A DNA stretch of 28,133 nt from a bacterium (lineage in GTDB: Bacteria > Verrucomicrobiota > Kiritimatiellia > UBA8416 > CAMZLY01), in the NCBI GenBank assembly GCA_030632465.1, contig DAOVUR010000001.1:1-28133 (forward strand). Direction: 5' to 3'. Positions within the stretch are counted from its first letter, which is position 1. Each line of letters starts with the position of its first letter. Positions 17,127-25,652 of this stretch are shown here, one piece after another. The translations under genes were made by a program, and so were the position numbers. The notes under the pieces were generated by a model that did not search any database, was not told where the DNA came from, and was given only the letters and a program-made list of their open reading frames with translations.

Positions 17127-18227
17127 ATGAAACACGACTTAGCAGCAGTTGCACAAAACTTCGATATGCGTGCCGACTTTATCAGCGCAGAACCATACGG
17201 TAGCGGACATATCAACGACACATACGCCGCAACCTACAGCCAGGCAGGCACAAAAGTACGCTATATCCACCAGCGCATCAACCATCTAATATTTAAAGAA
17301 CCACTCTTATTGATGGAAAACATTGAACGAGTCACATCACACATCAAAAACAGACTTATCGCTAACGGCATGGACGATATCAATCGTCGCACATTAACCT
17401 TAGTACCTACACTAAATGGCAAGTCATGCTACATAGATCCTGACGGCAACTACTGGCGTACATATCTATTTGTCGAGAATGCAAAGACATACGACGAGAT
17501 CACTAGTACTAATCAAGCATTTCAGGCAGCAAAGGCATTTGGTGAGTTCCAAAAACAGCTTGCCGACCTTCCTGGCCCACGCCTACATGATACTATCCCC
17601 GGCTTCCATAACACACGGCAACGCTTCGACAACTTAACAAAAGCAATAGAGGCAGATAGTCACAATAGAGCCGCATCTGTAAAAGCCGATATCGAATTTG
17701 CCATGCAACGTGAAGCTATGGTTGACATCCTATTAGACCTACAAGCTAAAGGCGAGATCCCTGAGATCATCACCCATAGCGATACGAAACTAAACAACGT
17801 TATGCTAGACGATAAGACATCTAAAGGTATCTGCGTAATTGACCTCGACACCGTAATGCCTGGACTATCACTATACGATTTTGGCGATATGGCTCGCACC
17901 GCAATGCGTCCGACAGCAGAGGATGAAGTAGATCTATCCAAGGTCGTAGCACAGCTAGACATGTTCAAAGCTCTTGCAGAGGGTTATCTGTCATCTGCTG
18001 GTGACATGTTAACCCAAGCAGAAAAAGATCACCTCGCCTTCTCAACACAGCTAATAACATTCGAAATCGGACTACGCTTCCTGACAGATCATCTAGAGGG
18101 TGACACATACTTCAAGACACATCGCGATGGACACAACCTGGACCGCGCCCGCGTGCAGTTCAAAATGGTAGAGTCACTAGAAAGTATCGACGATGATATG
18201 AACACCATTGTTGCAGAACTTAATTAG
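17127..18227 (+). CDS. Aminoglycoside-phosphotransferase-fold sugar kinase, N-acetylhexosamine kinase (NahK)-like
   Basis: YGSGHINDTY, HQRINH.IF, HSDTKLNNVML, VIDLDTVMPG, YDFGD, RFLTDHLEGDTYFK; start moved to MKHDL. Confidence 0.85.
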   Translation: MKHDLAAVAQNFDMRADFISAEPYGSGHINDTYAATYSQAGTKVRYIHQRINHLIFKEPLLLMENIERVTSHIKNRLIANGMDDINRRTLTLVPTLNGKSCYIDPDGNYWRTYLFVENAKTYDEITSTNQAFQAAKAFGEFQKQLADLPGPRLHDTIPGFHNTRQRFDNLTKAIEADSHNRAASVKADIEFAMQREAMVDILLDLQAKGEIPEIITHSDTKLNNVMLDDKTSKGICVIDLDTVMPGLSLYDFGDMARTAMRPTAEDEVDLSKVVAQLDMFKALAEGYLSSAGDMLTQAEKDHLAFSTQLITFEIGLRFLTDHLEGDTYFKTHRDGHNLDRARVQFKMVESLESIDDDMNTIVAELN

Positions 18228-18538
18228 TGAATAGTGCAGTTTTCCACCGCAGACCGTAGTACCGTGGACCATTTTTTAAAAATGCCTGCATGGCGTGCAT
18301 TTGATTATTGAGCAAAGCGAAATAAGCAAATAAACGCCATCACCGCCGAGCAGCATATTTTAATCTGTGTTTATCTGTGTTAATCTGTGGTTAACAATCT
18401 TTCAAAGCACACCGCACCGCCGCCACGCCTTAAATCCTGTTCATCCTGTACATCCATGTCAAAACCCATAGCGCACCGTAAAGACGAGAAGCCCGAAGGC
18501 ACAACCACTATTCACTATTCATTATTCACTGTTAGCTG
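18226..18538. repeat. Mosaic intergenic array: hairpin copy 18290-18340, ATCTGTG and ATCCTGT repeats, heptamer arrays at both gene ends
   Basis: Direct sequence match to the other loci; minus-strand heptamers at 18504-18538 start at the acyltransferase stop. Confidence 0.85.
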
Positions 18539-19488
18539 CTTTTTCTCTCCGGCGGCTCAATAGGTCTAGCGTATGTAGGATATCCCTCTTCCGCACATCC
18601 TGCAGGAATAAATTTCCAGCGCTTATAAGCCCACATCCATTTGCTAGGATTCTCACGAATAGCATCCTCTATAAGCTTAACAACTGCCTGCGTAATAACC
18701 TCCTGCGTATTCTCGCCAACAAACCCCTCTGGTAGTGGACGAGCAAAGACCTTGTAATGTCCACGTTTATCAGCAATACAGTACAGGAGAGCAACCTGAA
18801 CATCACCCTTTGTAGCAAGTGCAGCGACTGCTCTACTCACAGGAACTGGTAAGCCAAACATATCAACAAATATACCACCATCTGCAGGAACAACATTCTG
18901 ATCAATAAGCAATGCAACAACCGTATCACCCTTAAGCGCCTTCATCAACTGCCTGATAGCACCATCTTGATACACAACCTGCTGACCTGTAATCTGGCGC
19001 GAACGAGAAACCATACGATTAATAACCGGGTTCCTCAACTCTGCAGCAACACTTAATAAGCCATCCAGATATAGCGCGCCAGCCTGACCTAAAATCTCCC
19101 AATTCCCAAAATGTGCTGCAACAGCTACTCCACGCTTACGTGACGCATACAGCTCAGCACTTTCATCAAGCTTGATATATTTCCTTAACCGTCGCTCCGT
19201 CTGCACACTAAACCAAAAAACATCTAATGCGGTCAAAAGCATTGTCTGAAAAGACTCAACAGCTATCTGCTCCACCTCTGACTCACTTAACTTATGCTCC
19301 TTGTTAAATACCGTCAGAAGATTAGCCATCGCAACATAGCGCTGTCTTTTACTAAGTGCGAAAGCAAGACGCCCCAATAGACGAGAAAGCAGGATAAGTA
19401 GAAAACGTGGTATCCAAGGGATAATCAGAAAGGCCAAGAAGGCTGGCACTGACTCAGCAAATACTTTAATTTTACTTCTTTGCTTCAT
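18532..19488 (-). CDS. Lipid A biosynthesis acyltransferase (LpxL/HtrB family)
   Basis: AAHFGNWE (HxxxxE), LLIDQ, FGLPV, ENPSKWMWAYKRWK. Confidence 0.88.
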   Translation of the reverse strand: MKQRSKIKVFAESVPAFLAFLIIPWIPRFLLILLSRLLGRLAFALSKRQRYVAMANLLTVFNKEHKLSESEVEQIAVESFQTMLLTALDVFWFSVQTERRLRKYIKLDESAELYASRKRGVAVAAHFGNWEILGQAGALYLDGLLSVAAELRNPVINRMVSRSRQITGQQVVYQDGAIRQLMKALKGDTVVALLIDQNVVPADGGIFVDMFGLPVPVSRAVAALATKGDVQVALLYCIADKRGHYKVFARPLPEGFVGENTQEVITQAVVKLIEDAIRENPSKWMWAYKRWKFIPAGCAEEGYPTYARPIEPPERKSS

Positions 19489-19522
19489 GACTGCAGACTA
19501 CTTCCTGTTTTGCGATAAAAAA

Positions 19523-19598
19523 TGGTAGGCCGTGACGGGATCGAACCGTCGACCCGTACATTAAAAGTGTACTGCTCTACCTACTGAGCTAACGGCCC
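19523..19598 (-). tRNA. tRNA-Lys (anticodon UUU), CCA encoded
   Basis: Minus strand GGGCCGTTAGCTCAGTAGGTAGAGCAGTACACTTTTAATGTACGGGTCGACGGTTCGATCCCGTCACGGCCTACCA: 76 nt cloverleaf, GTACA/TGTAC anticodon stem with loop CTTTTAA, GTTCGA T-loop. Confidence 0.97.
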
Positions 19599-19629
19599 CC
19601 AAAATCCTTTTCGCAAAGAACGAGGCATG

Positions 19630-19657
19630 AAACTACCAAATAATAAATTATTGTCAA
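19630..19657 (-). promoter_or_regulatory. Putative tRNA promoter
   Basis: Minus strand TTGACA-N16-TAGTTT with a TG-n extension. Confidence 0.45.
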
Positions 19658-19709
19658 TCATGAATGACATTTTTTTGAAAAAATATATTATCACACCAGT
19701 TTTTATCTT

Positions 19710-20411
19710 TTATTTTTCAATTGATTCAAGCGCCATAGCAGCTGCATTGCGTTCTGCATCCTGCTTGCTACTGCCAACACCATGCCCGACAAGTTTACCA
19801 TTAACCTCAACTTCAACCGTGAAAACCGACTGATGCGCAGGACCAGACTCATCTATAAGACGATATACAGGACTACTCTTCCAGCGTGCCTGCGAATACT
19901 CCTGCAACTCACCTTTAGGATTAGCAGCCCACAAATCATCACCAAGCGCACGTATTAATGCCGGATAAAACTTATCAAAGACCTTCTTGAAACCTTTTAG
20001 GCCGCCATCAATATAAACAGCACCAAACACTGCCTCAATCGCATCAGTGAGATTAGATTTTCTTTCACGTCCACCGGAGCGCTCCTCCCCCTTACCGATC
20101 ATAAGGTACTCACCCAAGCCAATATCACTAGCCAGTGCCGCAAGTGCCTTACCACTGGTAACTCTACTGCGAAGAGTCGTTAAAACACCTTCAGCAGCAC
20201 CCTGCTTTTCATCATAGAGATAAGCAGCGGTCATGAAGCCCAACACCGAGTCACCAAGAAACTCCAGCCTCTGATTATCAACATTAACTTTCTTATTCTC
20301 AAATCGACAAGAACGATGAGTCAAAGCCATCTGTAACAATTCCTTATCACGGAACCTATATCCCAGCTTCTTTTCCAACTGCTTTATCGGATCTTTTGAT
20401 TTCCCAAGCAT
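19710..20411 (-). CDS. rnc: Ribonuclease III
   Basis: ALTHRS, NQRLEFLGDSVL, DAIEAVFGAVYIDGG, and a C-terminal dsRBD (PKGELQE...GSSKQDAERNAA). Confidence 0.97.
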   Translation of the reverse strand: MLGKSKDPIKQLEKKLGYRFRDKELLQMALTHRSCRFENKKVNVDNQRLEFLGDSVLGFMTAAYLYDEKQGAAEGVLTTLRSRVTSGKALAALASDIGLGEYLMIGKGEERSGGRERKSNLTDAIEAVFGAVYIDGGLKGFKKVFDKFYPALIRALGDDLWAANPKGELQEYSQARWKSSPVYRLIDESGPAHQSVFTVEVEVNGKLVGHGVGSSKQDAERNAAAMALESIEK

Positions 20412-20420
20412 ATTTACTCC

Positions 20421-20691
20421 TTTTCACCCTTCACCATTTTCAAATCACCCTTTTTCCTTTTTAAATAGCGCACCATGAAAATAGTCCACAGTTATCAGTA
20501 AAAAACTTTTCACAACCGTTCGTTTCACTCACTTGAGTTAGGGAGACAAACCGAGCAAAAACAATACTATTATTTCCCCTAGTCATACAAACTTCCCCTT
20601 CTCAGCCGCAGGCCCTCTAGCGTAGCGATTGTAAAATCTTTTCATAGCGCATTTTTTACTTTTCCCTTTACCCTTCAGTCTTCATCGTTCA
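20421..20691. repeat. Degenerate mosaic repeats between xerD and rnc
   Basis: TTTTCACC modules, ATAGCGCA junctions at 20465 and 20644, and minus-strand heptamers (TGAACGA TGAAGAC TGAAGGG TAAAGGG) after the xerD stop. Confidence 0.55.
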
Positions 20692-20694
20692 AAA

Positions 20695-21582
20695 TCACGC
20701 TCTCGGATGAAAATCAGAATGCACCGACCGCAACCGGCCCTGATCCACATGCGTATATATCTGTGTTGTAGAAATATCAGAATGACCTAACATTTCCTGA
20801 ATAACCCGTAACGGCGCACCATTAGCCAATAGATGACTAGCAAATGAATGACGTAAAGTATGTGGCGACACATTTTTAGTTATCCCAGCACTTAACGCAT
20901 ACTTCTTTATATTTTTCCAGATCCCTTTACGAGAAAACTTGGTCCCTCGATAGGTAAGAAAAAGAGTACGCTCGTAAGGATCTTTCACAAACTTATCTCT
21001 GAACTCTACTATATATCGGTGTAAACTGTCACTAGCCTTACTTCCAAACGGGATAACTCGTTCCTTCATCCCTTTACCCATACAACGCAGATATCCTTCA
21101 TCAAAATGCAAATCCTCTAACTGCAACTCCGCAACCTCCGATACACGTAAGCCTGTAGCATACATCAACTCCAGCATTGCTTTATCACGTACAGCAATCC
21201 GATCATTACCCACAGGCACAGCAAGCAGACGATCAACCTCTGTAGCAGATAATACCCCTGGCAGGACTCGCCATAGATGCGGTGAATCCATCACATCAGT
21301 CACATTCTTATCCAACATGTTTTCTCGTTGCATATAGCGAAAAAACATCTTGATCGCAACCAATCGACGAGAAATGGAGTTTACAGCAAGCCCACGTTCC
21401 TTCTCATCCATCATATAATCAAGCACATGCTGACGCGTAACGTCATTAAAGCTAGATACATTATGAGCATCAAGAAAAGCACAGAAACTTACAAGATCAG
21501 ACTGATAAGCCTCGCGCGTATTCGGACTCAACCCCAACTCAAGGGAAATATAATCAAGAAATTGATTTATAAGAATATTCAT
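20695..21582 (-). CDS. xerD: Site-specific tyrosine recombinase XerD
   Basis: GLSPNTREAYQSDL, RDKAMLELMYATGLRVSE, GKGMKERVIP, SPHTLRHSFASHLL, LGHSDISTTQIYTHV, FHPRA; start moved to MNIL. Confidence 0.92.
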   Translation of the reverse strand: MNILINQFLDYISLELGLSPNTREAYQSDLVSFCAFLDAHNVSSFNDVTRQHVLDYMMDEKERGLAVNSISRRLVAIKMFFRYMQRENMLDKNVTDVMDSPHLWRVLPGVLSATEVDRLLAVPVGNDRIAVRDKAMLELMYATGLRVSEVAELQLEDLHFDEGYLRCMGKGMKERVIPFGSKASDSLHRYIVEFRDKFVKDPYERTLFLTYRGTKFSRKGIWKNIKKYALSAGITKNVSPHTLRHSFASHLLANGAPLRVIQEMLGHSDISTTQIYTHVDQGRLRSVHSDFHPRA

Positions 21583-21587
21583 ACTTA

Positions 21588-21651
21588 GTAATCGCCTATC
21601 TCCGAGAGGCGATACCCACATCGGCGCTACCTCTCGGAGATAGGTAGCTAC
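21588..21651. repeat. REP doublet (REPIN-like): two inverted GTAR-tagged palindromes
   Basis: Plus strand GTAA-TCGCCT-ATCTCCGAG-AGGCGA; minus strand GTAG-CTACCT-ATCTCCGAG-AGGTAG; perfect 15-bp inverted repeat at 21595-21609/21630-21644. Confidence 0.8.
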
Positions 21652-21980
21652 CTACAACTCTCCGGCAAAGCTGCCTTTGCCTTTTTATCAGCAGGAATCT
21701 CATTTGCAGCAAACCCAACCTCAGCAATATAAAACTCTATATTCTTCATCGAAAGCAAGGTACTCTGATACGGTACCAGCACAACCTTCTCCTGCAAGTC
21801 GATCTCTATCAACCTACCCTCTACACCAGAAACTTTTTTGAGCGCAGTTTTTATGCGATCGGCACAGGCCTGATTTTTCATATCAGGCACACTAACCCAC
21901 GCTGTACGAATATCGCTCTGACGACAAGACACAGACATAACAAGAACAGCCGCCAACATTAATAGTAGTAAATTTTTCAT
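21648..21980 (-). CDS. HMA-fold (heavy-metal-associated-like) lipoprotein
   Basis: Signal peptide with lipobox-like VSC; SVPDMKNQACADRIKTALKKVSGV ferredoxin-like HMA pattern. Confidence 0.7.
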   Translation of the reverse strand: MKNLLLLMLAAVLVMSVSCRQSDIRTAWVSVPDMKNQACADRIKTALKKVSGVEGRLIEIDLQEKVVLVPYQSTLLSMKNIEFYIAEVGFAANEIPADKKAKAALPESCR

Positions 21981-22041
21981 GGCAAAAGATTAGCAAAAAC
22001 CAACAATAGAAGTACAGCGAAAAGATAATGAACTAAAAAAC

Positions 22042-22650
22042 AGTGAACAACTAATAGTGAATAGTGAATAGTTATTGATTTCCTGCTTTTTTAATAGTTA
22101 GTCATTATCTTATTTCATCCCGCACCGTTTTTCCCTATTTACCCTTTCCAGAATGCCTGCATGGCGTGCATTTGATTGTCGAGCCTTCGAGACAAGCAAA
22201 TAAACGCCATCACTGTAGATCCGCCTTCTCCCGCAACTGCGCGGATACGGCGCGACATGGCAGATTCGTGTAATTCGTGTCATTCGTGGTAAAATATCTT
22301 TTCAGTAGCGCACCACCGTAGAGCAATAAATGATTCTGTCGACAATGATTCTGCCGTGCCTTTTAATAGCGCACCGTTTCCACCCTTTCCCCTCTCCTGA
22401 ATGCCTGCATGGCGTGCATTTGATTGTCGAGCCTTCGAGACAAGCAAATAAACGCCATCACTGTAGAGCAGATTCGTGTAATTCGTGTCATTCGTGGTAA
22501 AACATCTTTTCAGTATAGCACCACCGTAGAGCAGTACATGATTCTGTCGACAATGATTCTGCCGTGCCTTTTAATAGCGCACCGTTTCGCGCCCTTCGCG
22601 TATTTCGTAGTAATCCCTGCATAGCGCCGTTTTCACCATTTTCACACTTG
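22042..22650 (+). repeat. Mosaic intergenic array with tandem duplication; hairpin copies at 22161-22210 and 22409-22458
   Basis: 22151-22380 and 22399-22588 are near-identical apart from a 40-nt insert; 248-bp period. Confidence 0.92.
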
Positions 22651-22676
22651 CGACCACGTCATACCCTTGTTACAGT
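22648..22676 (+). promoter_or_regulatory. Putative ilvD promoter
   Basis: TTGCGA-N17-TACAGT with a TG-n extended -10. Confidence 0.45.
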
Positions 22677-22714
22677 GTATCCAATATTCTAAATCAACAA
22701 AAAGGAATCAGCCA

Positions 22715-24382
22715 ATGAGAAGTGATGAAGTCAATAAAGGTGTTCAACGCGCACCACACCGTAGCCTAATGCGTGCAACAGGACTCAAAACAGAAGATTT
22801 CAAAAAACCATATATTGGAGTCTGTAATTCCTTCAATCAGGTTATTCCAGGTCATGTCCATCTTGATAAGGTCTCAAAATATATCAAAGACTACATCCGC
22901 AAGGCTGGCGGTGTTCCTGTCGAGTTTAACGTTATTGGCATCTGTGACGGCATAGCTATGGGACATAAGGGAATGAAATACTCACTACCTAGCCGTGAGA
23001 TCATAGCCGATAGTGTTGAATCAATGGCAAACGCACACTGCTTTGATGCGCTTGTATGCATCCCAAATTGCGACAAAATTGTTCCAGGCATGCTCATGGG
23101 TGCATTACGCGCAAACATACCTACGCTCATGATGAGCGGTGGACCAATGGCCGCCGGTCATACTGCTGATGGCAAAGTCTGCGATCTAGTCAGTGTCTTT
23201 GAAGGCGTTGCCGCTCATGAGAACGGCAAAATGGATGATGCCACACTACAAGAACTAGAAGAGTGTGCCTGCCCAGGACCTGGTTCCTGCTCAGGAATGT
23301 TCACAGCAAACTCCATGAACTGCCTATGTGAAGCAATAGGAATAGCCCTACCAGGTAACGGCACCACCCTAGCAATGGATCCAGCAAGAAAGGCTATCTA
23401 TCGCCGTGGCGCCAAACGCATCGTGGAGATGGCAATAGAAGAAGGGCCATGCCCCCGCGACATAGTTACTAAAGCATCAATCGACAATGCATTCCTGCTT
23501 GATATGGCAATGGGTGGCAGCACCAACACAGTACTGCACACACTCGCTATCGCGCATGAAGCTGGTGTAGCATATGATATGGAGCGTATAAATCAGCTTT
23601 CAGCAAAATGCCCAAACATCTGTAAAGTATCACCAAGCTCAGACATCCATATCGAAGATGTCTACAACGCTGGCGGCATAAGCGCCATAATCAATCGCCT
23701 TGGCGAGATAAAAGGACTACTTAATCGCGACTGCCCAACAGTAACGGGCAAAACCATCTGGCAAAATGTAAGCCGCGCTAAAGTTAAAGATGATCAGATA
23801 ATACGAACTATTGAAAATGCCCACTCACAAGATGGTGGCCTGACAATCTTACGTGGCAACCTATGCGAAGAAGGCTCAGTAGTCAAGAAGGCCGGTGTTA
23901 CAGCAAATATGCTTGTCTTTGAAGGTAAAGCCATCATCTACAACTCACAAGAAGATGCATGTGAAGGAATCCTTGCAGGTAAAGTAGAAGCTGGTCACGT
24001 TGTAGTTATCCGCTACGAAGGGCCAAAAGGCGGCCCAGGTATGCAAGAAATGCTCGCACCCACATCCTACATCATGGGACAAGGTTTAGGCGAAAGCGTC
24101 GCTCTTATAACTGATGGGAGATTCTCCGGCGGAACACACGGCGCATGTATTGGTCATATCTCGCCTGAAGCAGCAGAAGGCGGCCTCATCGCACTACTAA
24201 AAGATGGGGACACCATTAAGATAGATATCCCTAACCACTCACTGGAAGCTGTTCTAACGCAAGAAGAGATAGAAGAACGACGTAGCACTCTACCACCATT
24301 CGAACAGAAAATCACAACTGGATATCTCGCACGTTACGCAAAAATGGTCAAAAACGCTGGCACAGGAGCTATCGTCGAATAA
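22715..24382 (+). CDS. ilvD: Dihydroxy-acid dehydratase
   Basis: [67 protein letters not shown]; start moved to MRSD. Confidence 0.97.
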   Translation: MRSDEVNKGVQRAPHRSLMRATGLKTEDFKKPYIGVCNSFNQVIPGHVHLDKVSKYIKDYIRKAGGVPVEFNVIGICDGIAMGHKGMKYSLPSREIIADSVESMANAHCFDALVCIPNCDKIVPGMLMGALRANIPTLMMSGGPMAAGHTADGKVCDLVSVFEGVAAHENGKMDDATLQELEECACPGPGSCSGMFTANSMNCLCEAIGIALPGNGTTLAMDPARKAIYRRGAKRIVEMAIEEGPCPRDIVTKASIDNAFLLDMAMGGSTNTVLHTLAIAHEAGVAYDMERINQLSAKCPNICKVSPSSDIHIEDVYNAGGISAIINRLGEIKGLLNRDCPTVTGKTIWQNVSRAKVKDDQIIRTIENAHSQDGGLTILRGNLCEEGSVVKKAGVTANMLVFEGKAIIYNSQEDACEGILAGKVEAGHVVVIRYEGPKGGPGMQEMLAPTSYIMGQGLGESVALITDGRFSGGTHGACIGHISPEAAEGGLIALLKDGDTIKIDIPNHSLEAVLTQEEIEERRSTLPPFEQKITTGYLARYAKMVKNAGTGAIVE

Positions 24383-24385
24383 AAG

Positions 24386-25636
24386 ATGAAAAAAGTATCA
24401 TTCAAAACTATCGGCTGTCGGCTTAACAAAGCAGAAACAGCCAAGATACGTGCACAGTTTATAGCAGATGGATATGAAGTTGTTCCATTTAAAGATGATG
24501 CAGATGTCTGCATCATCCACACCTGTACCATCACCGGCATGGCAGAAAAAGAATGCATACGACTTGCACGAAGCATTAAACGCCGCAATCCGTCTACCTT
24601 TGTTGTGATGGCTGGTTGCGCCGCAGAAGTAGAACAAAAACGACTCAAAACAGAATCGGGTGCCGACCTAATTGCTGGCCAAGAGACAAAATATAATCTG
24701 CCAGCAATTGTAGATGAATCACTCTCTTTCACCCCTGCACATAAAACCGACGCCAACATACCCACAGTACCGATATTCGACACCACTAGAGCATGGCTAA
24801 AGATCCAAGACGGCTGTAGTTTTAAATGCGCCTACTGCATTGTCCCGCTAACAAGAGGACCATCACGCTCGCTACCATTCTCTGATATCATGGCCGAAGC
24901 TAATGCATTTGCCGATAATGGCTTCAAAGAGATCGTCATCACAGGCGTCAATATCGGTTGCTACCGTGACAACAATAGAAGACTCGTAGATATCATAAAA
25001 GCACTAGAACAGATCGATCAGATAGAGCGTATACGAATCAGCTCTATCGAGATCACTACTGCAGAGCGATCCATCATTGAATATATGGCAGAATCAAAAA
25101 AACTATGTAACTTCCTGCATCTTCCCCTACAGACTGGCGACAACCGCCTCCTCCAAGCTATGGGCCGCCACTATAATGCAGATGAATATCGAGATCTGAT
25201 TAACTTTGTCACCGACACAATCCCCGACATAGGACTTGGTACAGATATTATAACAGGACTACCCGGCGAAGATGAACAAGCATTCGAAAACACTTTTCAG
25301 CTCATACAAGACCTTCCATTCAGCAACCTGCACGTCTTTCCCTACAGCATACGCGCCAACACTAGAGCTGCCGATATGGACAACCATATCCCATACAAAA
25401 TCGCAAAACAACGGACAGAGCAACTAATAGATCTAGGTAAACAAAAAAGTGAAGAGTTCGCCAAATCATTTATCGGCAAAGAAGTAACAATCTTAACAGA
25501 GAAGATAAAAAAAGATGGCAGCGCCCCCGGCTGGACCGAACAATATGTAGCAGCAAGAGTAGATCAGCCCAACCTAAAAGCAAATCGGATAATGACCTTC
25601 ACACCAACCGCATACGAAAACGGAAAACTTATTTAG
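24386..25636 (+). CDS. mtaB: tRNA t6A37 methylthiotransferase MtaB (radical SAM)
   Basis: KTIGCRLNKAET, IHTCTIT, KIQDGCSFKCAYC (CxxxCxxC), RIRISSIE, HLPLQTG, LHVFPYSIR. Confidence 0.85.
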   Translation: MKKVSFKTIGCRLNKAETAKIRAQFIADGYEVVPFKDDADVCIIHTCTITGMAEKECIRLARSIKRRNPSTFVVMAGCAAEVEQKRLKTESGADLIAGQETKYNLPAIVDESLSFTPAHKTDANIPTVPIFDTTRAWLKIQDGCSFKCAYCIVPLTRGPSRSLPFSDIMAEANAFADNGFKEIVITGVNIGCYRDNNRRLVDIIKALEQIDQIERIRISSIEITTAERSIIEYMAESKKLCNFLHLPLQTGDNRLLQAMGRHYNADEYRDLINFVTDTIPDIGLGTDIITGLPGEDEQAFENTFQLIQDLPFSNLHVFPYSIRANTRAADMDNHIPYKIAKQRTEQLIDLGKQKSEEFAKSFIGKEVTILTEKIKKDGSAPGWTEQYVAARVDQPNLKANRIMTFTPTAYENGKLI

Positions 25637-25652
25637 TGAACAACTAATGATG

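Noticed and set aside
19489-19709. tRNA-Lys as an island integration site
   Set aside because: I saw no duplicated tRNA 3' end and no phage integrase, and the neighbours are housekeeping genes.
22151-22628. CRISPR array interpretation of the modular repeats
   Set aside because: There is no constant 23-47 bp repeat with unique spacers of uniform length; the spacers are themselves repeated modules, and no cas genes are present.
20695-22628. Integron (integrase plus attC cassettes)
   Set aside because: The recombinase has XerD length and motifs with no evident IntI-specific insertion; the hairpins lack RYYYAAC/GTTRRRY ends and do not flank ORF cassettes.
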